This document shows, piece by piece, positions 9,701 through 21,904 of a stretch of DNA of 64,000 nucleotides. The stretch is taken from the sequence record SRR2962707_3124, one strand, 5' to 3'. Under the pieces are notes generated by a model, which ran no database searches, was not told where the DNA came from, and was given only the letters and a program-made list of their open reading frames with translations. Each line of letters begins with the position of its first letter. Position 1 is the stretch's first letter. A program made the translations under genes and the position numbers.

Positions 9701-11278
9701 ATGACTGTAATTGGAGCGCCGAAGGAAAGTTTCGCTGGTGAGAACCGTGTCGCGATGACACCGCAATCAGCAATCGATCTTCAAAAGCTAGGATTTGAAT
9801 GCGTTATTGAAAAAGGTGCAGGCACTGCTGCCGGTTTTTCTGATGCTGCTTATAAAGAGGCTGGTGTTACGATCGCAGCCAGCGCGGCGGCACTTTGGAA
9901 AACCGCCGATGTGGTTGTGAAAGTGCGTGCGCCAAGCACCGCTGAAACGAAAAAATTCCAAAAAGATCAGACGGTCATTAGCTTTGTTAATCCGGCTGCG
10001 TCGGAAGCTTTGCTCGAAGCGTCTAAAAAAGCTGGCACAACGATGATTGCGATGGACATGGTTCCACGCATTTCGCGCGCGCAGAAAATGGATGCGCTAT
10101 CGTCAATGGCAAACATCGCGGGTTATCGCGCAGTCATTGAAGCAGGTAATAATTTTGGCCGGTTCTTCACAGGTCAGGTCACGGCTGCTGGTAAAGTGCC
10201 GCCAGCCAAAGTGTTGGTTATTGGCGCCGGTGTTGCCGGTCTTGCCGCGATTGGCACGGCGACCAGCCTTGGCGCGATTACCTATGCATTCGATGTTCGC
10301 CCTGAAGTGGCAGAGCAGATTGAATCGATGGGCGCTGAATTCGTATTTTTGGAGTTTGAGGAAAGCAGCCAGAATAGCGCTGCGACCGGTGGTTATGCTG
10401 CGCCTTCAAGCCCTGAATTTAGGGAAAAGCAGCTCGAAAAATTCCGTGAATTAGCGCCCGATATTGATATCGTGATTTGTACTGCGCTTATTCCAAACCG
10501 TGAAGCGCCGGAACTTTGGACCGCTGATATGGTTGCGGCTATGAAGCCTGGTTCTGTGATCATCGACTTGGCTGCAGAAAAAGGCGGCAATTGCAAATTG
10601 ACCGTTATGGACGAAAAGATTGTAACGGCTAATGGCGTGACTATTGTTGGCTATACCGACTTCCCAAGCCGCATGGCTGCACAGGCTTCAACGCTTTATT
10701 CTAACAACATCCGCCACATGATGACCGATCTAACTCCGGCTAAAGACGGTGTGATTGTTCAGAATATGGAAGATGACGTTATTCGCGGCGCGACGGTGAC
10801 TTATGCCGGTGAAATAACTTATCCGCCGCCACCGCCTAAAATTGCTGCGATTGCCGCAGCGCCGAAAAAAGAAAAAGCCAAAGTGCTGACGGCGGAAGAA
10901 AAGAAAGCGGCTGAATTGGCGGCGTTCAAAGCTGCCAGCAAGCAGCAGTTCACATTGTTGGGCATAGGCGGTGCATTGATGCTGCTTATCGGAATGTTTG
11001 CACCTGTTAGCTTCATGCAGCATTTTATCGTGTTTGCGCTTTCTTGCTTCATCGGCTTCCAAGTGATTTGGAATGTGTCACACGCACTGCACACGCCGCT
11101 GATGGCGGTGACCAATGCAATCTCCGGCATCGTGATTATTGGTGCGTTGCTGCAAATTGGCTCGTCTAGCTGGTTGGTTATTTTGCTTAGTTTCGTGGCC
11201 GTGCTTATCGCATCGGTCAATATCGTTGGTGGCTTCTTGGTGACACGCCGGATGCTTGCCATGTTCCAGAAATCGTAA
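9701..11278 (+). CDS. pntA: NAD(P) transhydrogenase subunit alpha (single-chain, fused type)
   Basis: IGAPKE...[32 protein letters not shown] and C-terminal [16 protein letters not shown]. Confidence 0.97.
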   Translation: MTVIGAPKESFAGENRVAMTPQSAIDLQKLGFECVIEKGAGTAAGFSDAAYKEAGVTIAASAAALWKTADVVVKVRAPSTAETKKFQKDQTVISFVNPAASEALLEASKKAGTTMIAMDMVPRISRAQKMDALSSMANIAGYRAVIEAGNNFGRFFTGQVTAAGKVPPAKVLVIGAGVAGLAAIGTATSLGAITYAFDVRPEVAEQIESMGAEFVFLEFEESSQNSAATGGYAAPSSPEFREKQLEKFRELAPDIDIVICTALIPNREAPELWTADMVAAMKPGSVIIDLAAEKGGNCKLTVMDEKIVTANGVTIVGYTDFPSRMAAQASTLYSNNIRHMMTDLTPAKDGVIVQNMEDDVIRGATVTYAGEITYPPPPPKIAAIAAAPKKEKAKVLTAEEKKAAELAAFKAASKQQFTLLGIGGALMLLIGMFAPVSFMQHFIVFALSCFIGFQVIWNVSHALHTPLMAVTNAISGIVIIGALLQIGSSSWLVILLSFVAVLIASVNIVGGFLVTRRMLAMFQKS

Positions 11279-11290
11279 GGGGGCAGACAC

Positions 11291-12733
11291 ATGTTTTCCA
11301 TTGGTGTTTCATCTGCTGCCTATATTGCGGCATCTGTTTTATTCATTCTATCACTCGGCGGTCTGAGCAATCAGGAAAGTGCTAAACGCGCTGTTTGGTA
11401 TGGTATTGTGGGCATGGGCGTCGCGGTTATCGCGACCGTCTTTGGTCCTGGCGTTGACCATATTTTCTTGATTTTGTTGGCCATTCTGGCTGGCGGCTTT
11501 GCCGGTTATTATATTGCAGGCAAAGTTCAAATGACGGAAATGCCGCAGCTTGTGGCGGCACTCCACTCATTTGTTGGTTTGGCGGCTGTGTTCATCGGCC
11601 TTAACGCCGATATCGAATTAAGCGCGGTTAAAGAGCTTATCGCTTCAGGCGGTAACCTTGATCATTTGACAGCGTTTGGCGAAAAACTTGCTGAAAAAGA
11701 TGCTGTCGAACTCGCAATCATGAAGGTTGAAGTGTTCCTTGGCATATTCATCGGTGCGGTGACATTTACCGGTTCAGTTATCGCTTTTGGTAAATTGGCA
11801 GGCAAAGTAGACGGCAAGCCAAAGCAATTGCCTGGCGGCCATATGCTCAACCTTGCTGCGCTGATTGTTGCGCTGGTTTTGGGCATCCTCTATTTTAATG
11901 GTGCTGGCATTTGGACAATGGTTGCGGTGACCATTATCGCAGGCTTCATTGGTTGGCATTTGATCCTTGGCATTGGCGGCGCAGATATGCCCGTTGTTGT
12001 GTCTATGCTTAACTCGTATTCTGGCTGGGCGGCGGCGGCTATCGGCTTCACGCTTGGCAATGATTTGTTGATCGTTGTTGGCGCGTTGGTTGGTTCTTCA
12101 GGTGCAATCCTTTCCTACATCATGTGTAAGGCGATGAACCGTAACTTCGTGTCTGTTATTCTCGGTGGCTTTGGCGGCGCAAAGGGCCCGCAAATGGCGG
12201 TCGAAGGCGAACAGATTTCTATCGATGCGGACGGCGTTGCTGCAGCGCTTGATGATGCTGATAGCATCATCATTATTCCAGGCTACGGAATGGCTGTGGC
12301 GCAAGCGCAGCAATCTGTCTCTGAGTTGACGAAGCGTCTGCGCGCTAAGGGTAAGACGGTGCGTTTTGCGATCCATCCGGTTGCTGGTCGTTTGCCAGGT
12401 CACATGAATGTGCTGCTTGCAGAAGCAAAAGTGCCTTATGATATCGTTCTTGAAATGGATGAGATCAACGATGATTTCCCGACAACAGATGTGGCAATCA
12501 TTATTGGTTCAAATGATATTGTGAACCCTGCTGCTCAGGATGATCCAAACTCACCGATTGCAGGCATGCCGGTTCTTGAATGCTGGAAAGCCAAGCAAGT
12601 GTTCGTATCAAAACGTGGTCAAGGCACGGGCTATTCAGGCATTGAAAACCCGCTGTTCTTTAAAGAAAATACGCGGATGTTCTACGGGGATGCGAAAGCT
12701 TCTATCGATGCGCTTTTGCAACGACTTGACTAA
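11291..12733 (+). CDS. pntB: NAD(P) transhydrogenase subunit beta
   Basis: [30 protein letters not shown] and [18 protein letters not shown]. Confidence 0.98.
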   Translation: MFSIGVSSAAYIAASVLFILSLGGLSNQESAKRAVWYGIVGMGVAVIATVFGPGVDHIFLILLAILAGGFAGYYIAGKVQMTEMPQLVAALHSFVGLAAVFIGLNADIELSAVKELIASGGNLDHLTAFGEKLAEKDAVELAIMKVEVFLGIFIGAVTFTGSVIAFGKLAGKVDGKPKQLPGGHMLNLAALIVALVLGILYFNGAGIWTMVAVTIIAGFIGWHLILGIGGADMPVVVSMLNSYSGWAAAAIGFTLGNDLLIVVGALVGSSGAILSYIMCKAMNRNFVSVILGGFGGAKGPQMAVEGEQISIDADGVAAALDDADSIIIIPGYGMAVAQAQQSVSELTKRLRAKGKTVRFAIHPVAGRLPGHMNVLLAEAKVPYDIVLEMDEINDDFPTTDVAIIIGSNDIVNPAAQDDPNSPIAGMPVLECWKAKQVFVSKRGQGTGYSGIENPLFFKENTRMFYGDAKASIDALLQRLD

Positions 12734-12754
12734 TCTTTCGCAGATTCAAAATCG

Positions 12755-12783
12755 AAAAAGGCGGCTTTTCAGCCGCCTTTTTT
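12755..12783. terminator. Bidirectional intrinsic terminator (pntB/betA)
   Basis: AAAAAGGCGGCT-TTTC-AGCCGCCTTTTT between convergent genes. Confidence 0.9.
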
Positions 12784-12789
12784 GTGCGC

Positions 12790-14448
12790 TCAGCGCTGCG
12801 ATGTTTGCCAATCGGGATTGATCCATGGTTCATCATTCGATGCGGCCAAGAGGTCTTTACCGAGAATATGATCAGCAGCTTTTTCACCGGTCATGGTCGA
12901 TGGTCCATTGAGGTTGCCATTGGTGACTTGTGGGAAGATCGAACTATCAGCCACACGCAGACGGTCTACGCCGATGACCTTTGTGTCCTTGTCGACGACA
13001 GCCATTTCATCGTCGGCTCTGCCCATTTTGCAGGTGCCACATGGATGGTAGGCGCTTTCGACATGCTCGCGGATAAAGTCGTTGAGTTCATCGTCAGATT
13101 GCACGGCGCTGCCCGGCTGAATTTCATGTTTGACATATGGCTTAAACGCTTCTTGCGCGAAAATTTCGCGTGTCAGACGAATGCAGGTGCGGAAATCCTC
13201 CCAGTCTTTTTCATGCGCCATGTAGTTGAATAAAATGCGCGGCGCTTGTTTGGGATCGCTTGATTTTAACGTCACCGCACCGCGACTTGGCGAGCGCATA
13301 GGGCCAACATGGGCTTGGAAGCCATGGCCTTCTGCGGGTGCTTTGCCATCATAGCGGATGGCCATCGGCAAAAAGTGATATTGAATGTCTGGATATTTTA
13401 CACCCGCTTTTGAGCGCACAAATGCGGCGCTTTCAAATTGGTTGGACGCGCCAAGGCCGGTTTTTGTAAACAGCCACTGTGCGCCGATGAGCGCTTTGGA
13501 GACAATATTCCAATGTTTGAAAAGTGTGATGGGTTGGCTAGAAGCCATTTGCAAATAAAGTTCGAGATGGTCTTGCAGGTTTTGACCAACGCCAGCACGG
13601 TCGGCGATAACTTCAATGCCGTGCTCTTTTAAATGCGCGGCGGGGCCAATGCCCGACAGCATTAAAAGTTTTGGTGAGTTGATTGAGCTTGCGGCGATGA
13701 TCACTTCGCGGTTTGCGGTGATGACTTCGCTTTTGCCGCCGCGTAAAACTTGCACACCTTTGGCTTGACCGTCTTCGATGATGATCTTTTCAGCCAATGC
13801 ATTCACGACTTCGCATTTGTAGCGTTTGATGGCTGGGCGCAGATAAGCGTTTGCGCCGGACCAACGACGGCCCTTATAAACGGTCTGCTCCATCGGGCCG
13901 AAGCCTTCTTGCTTTTGGCCGTTGTAATCATCGGTCAGTTCATAACCGGCCTGTTGGCCTGCATCGACAAAGGCTTGGTAAAGTGGGTTCTCGCGTGGGC
14001 CGCGCGAAACATGTAAAGGGCCTGCATTGCCGCGCCACGATGGGTCGCCGCCATGGCCGCCATCGTCCCAGTTTTCCATGCGCTTGAAATAGGGAAGAAC
14101 GTCGGCATAGGACCAATTGTCTGCGCCCATTTCAGCCCAAGTGTTGTAGTCTTCTGCGTGGCCGCGCACATAGACCATGCCATTGATGGACGATGAACCA
14201 CCAACCACTTTGCCGCGCGGGGTCGCCAAGCGGCGCCCACCCAGATATGGCTCAGGCTCAGATTCAAAACCCCAATCATACCGCGACATATTCATCGGGT
14301 AGGAAAGTGCCGCAGGCATCTGAATGAAAGGACCAATATCCGAGCCGCCATGTTCAATGACGAGAACAGAAGCGCCGCTTTCACTCAAACGATAAGCAAG
14401 CGCACAGCCTGCAGAACCGGCGCCGATGATGACATAATCTGCTTGCAT
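12790..14448 (-). CDS. betA: Choline dehydrogenase (GMC oxidoreductase)
   Basis: [31 protein letters not shown] and NGNLNGP; operon context. Confidence 0.96.
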   Translation of the reverse strand: MQADYVIIGAGSAGCALAYRLSESGASVLVIEHGGSDIGPFIQMPAALSYPMNMSRYDWGFESEPEPYLGGRRLATPRGKVVGGSSSINGMVYVRGHAEDYNTWAEMGADNWSYADVLPYFKRMENWDDGGHGGDPSWRGNAGPLHVSRGPRENPLYQAFVDAGQQAGYELTDDYNGQKQEGFGPMEQTVYKGRRWSGANAYLRPAIKRYKCEVVNALAEKIIIEDGQAKGVQVLRGGKSEVITANREVIIAASSINSPKLLMLSGIGPAAHLKEHGIEVIADRAGVGQNLQDHLELYLQMASSQPITLFKHWNIVSKALIGAQWLFTKTGLGASNQFESAAFVRSKAGVKYPDIQYHFLPMAIRYDGKAPAEGHGFQAHVGPMRSPSRGAVTLKSSDPKQAPRILFNYMAHEKDWEDFRTCIRLTREIFAQEAFKPYVKHEIQPGSAVQSDDELNDFIREHVESAYHPCGTCKMGRADDEMAVVDKDTKVIGVDRLRVADSSIFPQVTNGNLNGPSTMTGEKAADHILGKDLLAASNDEPWINPDWQTSQR

Positions 14449-15905
14449 TAGAACTGGCTTTCCATATGGCCCATTTCAACATAGACGGTTTTGATTTGGG
14501 AATAGTGCTCCACAGCGGCTTTTGAGTTTTCGCGCCCAACACCTGAAGATTTAACACCGCCAAAAGGAATTTCCACAGGCGTAAGATTATAGGCGTTGAT
14601 CCAGCAGGACCCTGCTTCTAGCTGCGCAATAACGCGGTGGGCGCGGGTCAGATCATTGGTGAAAATGCCAGCGGCGAGGCCAAACTCCGTATCGTTGGCA
14701 CGCGCGATAACTTCTTCTTCGCTATCAAAATCGAGCACGCACATCACAGGCCCGAAAATCTCTTCGCGCGCGATCGCCATATAGTCTTTCACATCTGTGA
14801 AAATTGTAGGCTCGAAATAAAAGCCCTCGCGGTCGATCTGTTTGCCACCGTAAGCAAGTGTTGCACCTTCTTCTAAACCTTTAGCGACATAGTGCTTGGC
14901 GATGTTCATCTGGTTCTCGGATACCATCGGTCCAAAATTTGTTGCTTCGTCCATTGGGTCGCCGACGATGGCGGTTTCAACGCGCTCGATTAAACGCGCT
15001 AAGAACTTTTCCTTGATGGATTTATGCACAAAGACGCGGGTGCCGTTGGAGCAAACTTGGCCAGATGAATAAAAATTACCGAGGATTGCGCCGCTTATGG
15101 CGTCTTCAATATTGGCATCGTCAAACACGATGATTGGCGATTTTCCGCCCAGTTCCATTGTTACATGTTTAATCTGAGCAGCAGCCGATGCGTAGACTTT
15201 TTTGCCTGTCGGGACAGAACCTGTAAGCGAGACTTTGTCGATGCGCGGATCATTCACAAGGCTTGCACCGACATTGCCGAGCCCTTGAACAACGTTGAAT
15301 ACGCCCGCAGGTAGGCCTGCTTCGATATAGATTTCAGCAATTTTCAGCGCGCAAAGCGGGGTCATTTCCGATGGCTTGAAAATCATAGCATTGCCACAGG
15401 CGAGCGCTGGTGCTGATTTCCAGCAGGCGATTTGTGTTGGATAGTTCCACGCACCGATACCGACGCACACGCCGAGTGGTTCGCGAATCGTATAGGCCCA
15501 GCTCTCGCCCAATGGAATGTGTTCGCCGGTTAATGTGCCCGCTAGTCCGCCAAAATATTCGATTGAATCAGCGCCAGATGTGGCGTCGGCGACAAGCGTT
15601 TCTTGCAATGGTTTGCCGGTATCTTGAGTCTCTAGGATCGATAATTCGCGGTTATAGGCGCGTATCAAATCGGCGGCGCGGCGCAATATGCGGCCTCGCT
15701 GTGTACCACTTAGTTTGGCCCATTCTTTTTGCGCGGCAGTGGCGGAATTGATCGCTTGCTCGATGATCGTAGGTGTTGCTGAATGAACCTTTCCTATAAT
15801 CTTTCCGGTTGCCGGATAGATGATGTCGATCACATCGCCTGCAGTATCCTCAACATATTCACCGTTGATGAAATGGCTGGCTTTTGGCTGTGTTGGGTAT
15901 GTCAT
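14448..15905 (-). CDS. betB: Betaine aldehyde dehydrogenase
   Basis: [28 protein letters not shown] and EEIFGPV. Confidence 0.96.
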   Translation of the reverse strand: MTYPTQPKASHFINGEYVEDTAGDVIDIIYPATGKIIGKVHSATPTIIEQAINSATAAQKEWAKLSGTQRGRILRRAADLIRAYNRELSILETQDTGKPLQETLVADATSGADSIEYFGGLAGTLTGEHIPLGESWAYTIREPLGVCVGIGAWNYPTQIACWKSAPALACGNAMIFKPSEMTPLCALKIAEIYIEAGLPAGVFNVVQGLGNVGASLVNDPRIDKVSLTGSVPTGKKVYASAAAQIKHVTMELGGKSPIIVFDDANIEDAISGAILGNFYSSGQVCSNGTRVFVHKSIKEKFLARLIERVETAIVGDPMDEATNFGPMVSENQMNIAKHYVAKGLEEGATLAYGGKQIDREGFYFEPTIFTDVKDYMAIAREEIFGPVMCVLDFDSEEEVIARANDTEFGLAAGIFTNDLTRAHRVIAQLEAGSCWINAYNLTPVEIPFGGVKSSGVGRENSKAAVEHYSQIKTVYVEMGHMESQF

Positions 15906-17413
15906 TACTCATCTCTCGGGAAGCGTTTGTTTCGTTCCAATACGTTCAAATCCATATGATTTCTCATGTATCGCTCGGATGCTTTTTGTAGCGGTTGATA
16001 GTCCCACGGAAAATAATTTCCGTTTCTAAGCGCCTCATATACGACCCATCTGCCCGCTTGGCTGTGGCGAACATCGGCGTCGTATTGTTTAAGGTCCCAG
16101 CGCTCATTCATTTGCGCGTCGAAACTTTCTACCACATCTTTATTGGCAGGATCCGAAGCGACATTGTCTAGCTCATTGGGATCGGTCTCTAGGTTAAAGA
16201 GCTGGTCAGGATCGAGCGCACAGCGGTTAAATTTCCATTTTCCGTGACGCAAAGAAATAAGTGGTGCGTAGGACCCTTCCGCCGCATATTCCATTGCCAC
16301 GGCGCTTGTGCGCGTTTTTCCTTGTCCAAGTGGCACAAGGCTTTCGCCTTCGGTCCATGGCATCACTTCGCTCATATCAACGCCTGCAATATCGCAAAGG
16401 GTTGGACAAATGTCGATGTTGGAAACAGGCTCGGTGACAAGTCCGGCCTGCATGGATGGCGAAGAAATCATGATTGGTACGCGGGAAGAGCCTTCATAAA
16501 AACTCATCTTGTACCATAGGCCGCGCTCACCCAGCATGTCGCCGTGATCTGAAACAAATAATATCGTCGCCTCTTGGCGAGTCGTTCTAAGCGCCTCCAT
16601 GACTTCACCAATTTTATCGTCAAGATAAGAAATATTGGCAAAATAGGCACGGCGGGCGCGGCGGATATTTTCCTCGGTTATGTTATAATTATCGCTGTCG
16701 TTCGCATCTAAGATACGCTTTGAATGGGCATCCTGTTTTTCATATGGGATCGGACCCACTTCCGGCATGAGGTGGGCGCAATCTTCATATAGGTCCCAAT
16801 ATTTTTTGCGCGCAACATAAGGATCGTGTGGGTGCGTGAAGCTAACCGTTAGGCACCATGGGCGCTCGTCTTCACCGCGGGCAAGATCATAAATTTTAGA
16901 TCGGGCATGGAATGCGACTTCATCGTCATACTCCATTTGGTTGGTGATCTCGGCAACACCAGCGCCGGTGACAGAACCCATATTGTGATACCACCAATCA
17001 ATGCGTTCGCCGGGCTTGCGGTAGTCTGGCGTCCAGCCAAAATCTGGTGGGTAGATGTCGGTTGTTAAACGCTCCTCAAAACCATGCAGCTGGTCTGGGC
17101 CAACAAAGTGCATTTTGCCTGACAAGCATGTTTGATAACCCGCGCGGCGCAAATGGTGCGCATAGGTGGGGATGGACGATGCAAATTCTGCGGCGTTGTC
17201 AAAAACCTTCGTGCGTGATGGAAGTTGACCAGACATGAAACTTGCGCGACCGGGTGCGCATAGGGGTGAAGCGGTGTAGCTGTTTATAAAGCGTGTTGAT
17301 TTTGCCGCGAGTGCTTTCAGGTTTGGCGTTTGCAGCCAATCAGCTGGACCATCGGGAAATAGCGTGCCGTTTAATTGATCGACCATAAATATGAGAATGT
17401 TTGGTCTGCTCAT
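15905..17413 (-). CDS. betC: Choline-sulfatase
   Basis: [11 protein letters not shown], sulfatase motif CAPGRAS, C-terminal WDYQP...YMRNHMDL. Confidence 0.96.
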   Translation of the reverse strand: MSRPNILIFMVDQLNGTLFPDGPADWLQTPNLKALAAKSTRFINSYTASPLCAPGRASFMSGQLPSRTKVFDNAAEFASSIPTYAHHLRRAGYQTCLSGKMHFVGPDQLHGFEERLTTDIYPPDFGWTPDYRKPGERIDWWYHNMGSVTGAGVAEITNQMEYDDEVAFHARSKIYDLARGEDERPWCLTVSFTHPHDPYVARKKYWDLYEDCAHLMPEVGPIPYEKQDAHSKRILDANDSDNYNITEENIRRARRAYFANISYLDDKIGEVMEALRTTRQEATILFVSDHGDMLGERGLWYKMSFYEGSSRVPIMISSPSMQAGLVTEPVSNIDICPTLCDIAGVDMSEVMPWTEGESLVPLGQGKTRTSAVAMEYAAEGSYAPLISLRHGKWKFNRCALDPDQLFNLETDPNELDNVASDPANKDVVESFDAQMNERWDLKQYDADVRHSQAGRWVVYEALRNGNYFPWDYQPLQKASERYMRNHMDLNVLERNKRFPRDE

Positions 17414-17420
17414 TGTGAGG

Positions 17421-18005
17421 TTACCTTTGGAGCGCATCAAGCGCATTTTGGAGGTGGCTTTTTACAAGTGATACCGAGCGAGCGGCATTGGCAGGCGTGT
17501 CATTGAGCGCTTCATGAATGTATAGGCCGTCGATTAGTGCGGCGATTCCTTCGGCGATTTTTTGTGACTGACCACCGGCCAATGGCTTAAGCGCATAGAC
17601 CAAATTTGAGTTCAGTCGCTTTTGATAAACGCGTAAAAGACGGCGAACTTCGTCCGAATATTGGGCATGAACATAAAAGCTCAACCACGCACTCACGACC
17701 TCGGGACGGAAGTTTTGCGCGGAAAAACTAGCCATGATGATCGCATCTAAGCGTTCATGGGGTGTTTTTGTCATGCGTAACGACCCGCGCACTTCAGCGC
17801 CGAAAACCGTTAGAATGTGGCGCATTGCAGCCAAGAAAATCTGGTCTTTACTGCCGAAATAATGATGGGCTAACGCACTAGAAACGCCCGCTTTTTTGGC
17901 AATTTGACTGACTGTGACACTCAAGGACCCTGTGCGTCCGATTTCGGAAATAGCCGCATCCACTAAGGCGCTTTTGCGCATAGGTTCTACACCGACCCTT
18001 GCCAT
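17421..18005 (-). CDS. betI: Choline-responsive TetR repressor
   Basis: ARVGVEPMRK..L..A, AHHYFGSK, WLSFY and RLNSNL. Confidence 0.95.
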   Translation of the reverse strand: MARVGVEPMRKSALVDAAISEIGRTGSLSVTVSQIAKKAGVSSALAHHYFGSKDQIFLAAMRHILTVFGAEVRGSLRMTKTPHERLDAIIMASFSAQNFRPEVVSAWLSFYVHAQYSDEVRRLLRVYQKRLNSNLVYALKPLAGGQSQKIAEGIAALIDGLYIHEALNDTPANAARSVSLVKSHLQNALDALQR

Positions 18006-18042
18006 TTCTTCCTCCTTGACGTTGTCTTTGTATCAAAATTGT

Positions 18043-18068
18043 TTTTAACTGACTCGTCAATCAATAAA
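18043..18068. promoter_or_regulatory. Probable BetI operator in the betI/choX divergent promoter
   Basis: Imperfect palindrome TTAACTGAC-TC-GTCAATCAA. Confidence 0.65.
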
Positions 18069-18089
18069 CTTTTCTAGAGGAAAAAGCGA

Positions 18090-19007
18090 ATGTCAAAGAA
18101 ATTAATTACGACAACCTTTATGTTTCTATTGTCTGCAGGCGTCGCTCATGCGGACTGTGGAGAGGTGACTTTTTCTGATGTAGGTTGGACCGATATCACA
18201 ACCACAACATCAGCGACGAAACAGGTGCTGAAAGCGCTGGGCTACGAAGTCGATGTAAAAATCTTATCTGTACCGGTTACTTTTGCTTCCCTTGAATCAG
18301 ATGATGTCGATGTCTTTCTTGGAAACTGGATGCCCGCTCAATCGGCAGCTGTTGGCCCATACATTGAAAGCGGCGAAATTGAAAAAGTGGCGACCAACCT
18401 CACAGGTACAAAATACACGCTTGCTGTACCGGCCTACACATTCGACAAAGGTTTGAAATCATACGCAGATATCAACAAGTTCAAAGATGATTTGGATGGC
18501 AAGATTTATGGCATTGAGCCTGGCAATGAAGGCAATGGCTATCTCGTTTCTTTGACTGAAAAAGCTGACTCCGGCCTTGAAGGCATGGAAGTTGTTGAAT
18601 CATCAGAACAGGGCATGCTTGCTCAGGTTTCGCGCCTTTATAAGAAGAACGAAGATGTTGTTTTCCTAGGCTGGGAACCTCATCCGATGAACGCTAATTT
18701 TGAATTGAAATATCTTCCAGGCGGCGAAGACTTTTTTGGTGAAGAAGGTGTTGTCGATACCGTCACACGCAAGGGCTATGCTGCTGAGTGTCCCAATGTT
18801 GGCAAACTCCTGACAAACCTAAAATTCTCTCTTCCGATGGAAAACGGCATTATGGGTAAAATTTTGGATGATGGTGCCGATCCAGACGCAGCGACTCTCG
18901 AATGGATGAAAGCCAACAAGGATTCTGTGCTGGCTTGGGTCGATGGTGTGACCACCATGGATGGCGGCGATGGCGCCGCAGCCATTTCGGCGGCATTTGG
19001 TTATTAA
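18090..19007 (+). CDS. choX: Choline ABC transporter substrate-binding protein
   Basis: Signal peptide, FSDVGWTD, FLGNWMP, YGIEPGN and FLGWEPHPMN. Confidence 0.93.
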   Translation: MSKKLITTTFMFLLSAGVAHADCGEVTFSDVGWTDITTTTSATKQVLKALGYEVDVKILSVPVTFASLESDDVDVFLGNWMPAQSAAVGPYIESGEIEKVATNLTGTKYTLAVPAYTFDKGLKSYADINKFKDDLDGKIYGIEPGNEGNGYLVSLTEKADSGLEGMEVVESSEQGMLAQVSRLYKKNEDVVFLGWEPHPMNANFELKYLPGGEDFFGEEGVVDTVTRKGYAAECPNVGKLLTNLKFSLPMENGIMGKILDDGADPDAATLEWMKANKDSVLAWVDGVTTMDGGDGAAAISAAFGY

Positions 19008-19013
19008 TTTACC

Positions 19014-19050
19014 ATCCCACCTTACGATCTGCGTAAGGTGGGATTTTTTT
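19014..19050 (+). terminator. Intra-operon hairpin / terminator after choX
   Basis: ATCCCACCTTACG-ATCTG-CGTAAGGTGGGAT followed by a T-run. Confidence 0.8.
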
Positions 19051-19077
19051 AATTGATACTAATCATTCGAGGATTTC

Positions 19078-19908
19078 ATGAACTGGCTTACTGATCAAAA
19101 AATACCCGTTGGAAAAGCGGCGGAAGCTGTCTTTGATTGGATGCAAGACCACCTTGGGTGGTTTTTTGACGGTCTTGCTGCGGTCATGGAATGGATGATT
19201 GATTGGATTGAATGGGTGCTTCTCACCCCCAATGAATATCTCGTTATTTTGGCATTCATGGCTGTTACTTGGTATGTTCAGCGGAGTTGGAAAACCTGCC
19301 TTTTGGTTTTGCTCGGCTTTCTGTTTATTCTAAATCAGGGCTACTGGAAGCAAACGATGGAAAGCATGACGTTGGTTCTATCGGCCTGTGTCGTGTGTAT
19401 GGGCATTGGCGTGCCTACCGGCATAGCGATGGCTCACCGGCCACGCCTTTATAAGGCAATTGTTCCAATCCTTGATTTGATGCAAACCCTGCCAACCTTT
19501 GTTTATCTCATTCCTGCGATTGTATTTTTCGGCATTGGCACCGTGCCTGGCCTCATTGCAACGGTGGTCTTCGTATTGCCTGCACCGATCCGCCAGACGC
19601 AGCTTGGCATAGCGTCAACGCCAACCCCGCTTCTTGAGGCTGGGGAAGCATTTGGCGCAACCAAGTCGCAGCTTCTATGGCGTGTGGAATTGCCGTCAGC
19701 ACTTCCGCAGATCATGTCAGGCTTGAATCAAACCATTATGCTGTCTTTGTCCATGGTAGTGATTGCTGCCTTGGTGGGCGCAAATGGTCTCGGCGTTCCA
19801 GTGCTGCGCGCGCTTGGTCAGGTTAATACCGCCTTGGGTTTTGAAAGTGGATTTATCATCGTTGTCGTTGCGATCATGCTCGACAGAATGTTGCGGGTGA
19901 CACGATAA
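19078..19908 (+). CDS. choW: Choline ABC transporter permease
   Basis: PILDLMQTLPTFVYLIP and EAA-like loop EAGEAFGA. Confidence 0.93.
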   Translation: MNWLTDQKIPVGKAAEAVFDWMQDHLGWFFDGLAAVMEWMIDWIEWVLLTPNEYLVILAFMAVTWYVQRSWKTCLLVLLGFLFILNQGYWKQTMESMTLVLSACVVCMGIGVPTGIAMAHRPRLYKAIVPILDLMQTLPTFVYLIPAIVFFGIGTVPGLIATVVFVLPAPIRQTQLGIASTPTPLLEAGEAFGATKSQLLWRVELPSALPQIMSGLNQTIMLSLSMVVIAALVGANGLGVPVLRALGQVNTALGFESGFIIVVVAIMLDRMLRVTR

Positions 19909-20924
19909 TGGCAAATGCAGTTGAATTTAAAAATGTCTCAATCGTTTTTGGTGATAAGCCTGAAACGGCACTACCGTTAATGGATGAAGATAAAAGCCGT
20001 GCCGAAGTGCAAAGTGAGACGGGACAAATTTTAGGCGTCCATAATTGTTCGCTTGAAGTTAAAGAAGGTGAAATCTTGGTTCTCATGGGGTTGTCAGGAT
20101 CGGGAAAATCTACTCTTCTTAGATCTGTAAACGGCCTTAATCCAGTTATTCGCGGCGAAGTGATTGTTCATGATGAAGGATGGTCATGTGCCGTTGGCAA
20201 CGCCTCAAAGGCTGACCTTCTGCGTGTACGCAGAGAGTGCGTTTCGATGGTTTTCCAGCAGTTTGGTCTTCTTCCTTGGCGCACAGTGCGTGACAATGTT
20301 GGGCTAGGGCTAGAACTTGGTGGACAAAGTAAAGCCGAACGTAGTGCACGGGTAGAAGAAGAGCTTGAGCTCGTCGGCTTGGCAGATCGTGCGGATGCGC
20401 TTGTTGAAGAATTATCAGGCGGTATGCAGCAGCGTGTTGGACTTGCTCGTGCCTTTGTAACCGATGCCCCAATCTTGTTGATGGATGAACCCTTTTCTGC
20501 GCTCGATCCGCTCATTCGGTCCAAGTTGCAGGATGAATTGCTGGACCTGCAAAAGAAGCGCAATCGCACGATTATTTTCGTGAGCCATGATTTGGACGAA
20601 GCGTTCAAAATTGGTAACAGGATTGCGATTATGGAAGGTGGTCGGATTGTGCAATGTGGCACGCCGCGCGATATTTATACCAATCCCATTGATGCTTATG
20701 TGAAAGAATTTGTAGCACATATGAACCCGCTTGGTGTTTTGACAGCGCGCGATGCAATGCTGCCACTCGTTGGAAAGCCGAAAAGCATTGTTCATGCGGA
20801 AGCCGCTATTCAAGACGTCATGGAGATTGTCTCGGATTCGGATATTCCACTTGGGGTTGAGGCCGATGGCGCGCTTATCGGGATGATTTCAAAATCATCA
20901 ATTCTTGAACGTTTAATGAGTTAA
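19908..20924 (+). CDS. choV: Choline ABC transporter ATP-binding protein
   Basis: GLSGSGKS, LSGGMQQRV and LLMDEPFSALDPLIR. Confidence 0.93.
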   Translation: MANAVEFKNVSIVFGDKPETALPLMDEDKSRAEVQSETGQILGVHNCSLEVKEGEILVLMGLSGSGKSTLLRSVNGLNPVIRGEVIVHDEGWSCAVGNASKADLLRVRRECVSMVFQQFGLLPWRTVRDNVGLGLELGGQSKAERSARVEEELELVGLADRADALVEELSGGMQQRVGLARAFVTDAPILLMDEPFSALDPLIRSKLQDELLDLQKKRNRTIIFVSHDLDEAFKIGNRIAIMEGGRIVQCGTPRDIYTNPIDAYVKEFVAHMNPLGVLTARDAMLPLVGKPKSIVHAEAAIQDVMEIVSDSDIPLGVEADGALIGMISKSSILERLMS

Positions 20925-21022
20925 TCCCCAGCTTAACGAATTGGTAAATAGACATATTTTGATTTTGCTTTAGGCTGCTCCAAAAGATTAATGCATTCAA
21001 ATTTGATTGTAAGGAGCCGCCA

Positions 21023-21892
21023 ATGCCGAAACCAATTAGAAAAGCTGTTTTCCCTGTTGCAGGCTTAGGAACGCGGTTTTTGCCAGCGACGAAGGCTGTG
21101 CCAAAGGAAATGCTGACTGTTGTCGACAAGCCTGTAATCCAATATGCGGTTGATGAGGCGCTTGCGGCGGGCATTGAAGTGCTTATCTTTGTTACAGGCC
21201 GAAACAAGGGCGTAATTGAAGACCATTTTGACATCGCCTATGAGCTGGAAAGCACATTGAAGCTTCGCGAAAAAGACGCAGCGCTCAAAATTTTGACTGC
21301 CCAACTGCCGCCTGCAGGCAGTGTTAGTTTCACCCGCCAGCAAGAACCGCTTGGACTTGGTCATGCTGTTTGGTGCGCGCGCGAAATGATTGGCGATGAG
21401 CCATTCGCAGTTCTATTGCCAGACATGTTGATGACTGGCGAAAAAGGCGCTCTGAGCCAGATGGTTGACGTTTATAACAAGTCTGGCGGTAATGTGGTCT
21501 CGCTGTCTGAGTGTGATCCATCTGAAACCCATAAATATGGCATAGTTTCAAAAGGCGAAGATTTTGGTTCGCATTTTGAAATTACTGGCATGGTAGAAAA
21601 ACCGGCTGCTGGAACTGCACCTTCAAACTATTATATCAATGGTCGATATATCCTCGACGGCAGCATTATGAAATTGCTTGCCAAGCAGGGCACCGGCGCA
21701 GGCGGTGAAATTCAGCTTACGGACTCGATGCTGACCTTGATGGAAACAACGCCGTTTTACGGCGCACCATTTGCTGGCGAAACATTTGACTGCGGTTCAA
21801 AGCTTGGATTCTTGATCGCAAACCTAGCACTTGGATTGCGGAATGAAGAGCTTGGCGCAGACCTGCGTGCAGAGATGTCTAAACTGCTTTAA
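21023..21892 (+). CDS. galU: UTP--glucose-1-phosphate uridylyltransferase
   Basis: [37 protein letters not shown] and GGEIQLTD. Confidence 0.96.
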   Translation: MPKPIRKAVFPVAGLGTRFLPATKAVPKEMLTVVDKPVIQYAVDEALAAGIEVLIFVTGRNKGVIEDHFDIAYELESTLKLREKDAALKILTAQLPPAGSVSFTRQQEPLGLGHAVWCAREMIGDEPFAVLLPDMLMTGEKGALSQMVDVYNKSGGNVVSLSECDPSETHKYGIVSKGEDFGSHFEITGMVEKPAAGTAPSNYYINGRYILDGSIMKLLAKQGTGAGGEIQLTDSMLTLMETTPFYGAPFAGETFDCGSKLGFLIANLALGLRNEELGADLRAEMSKLL

Positions 21893-21904
21893 TTGCTAGG
21901 TTGA

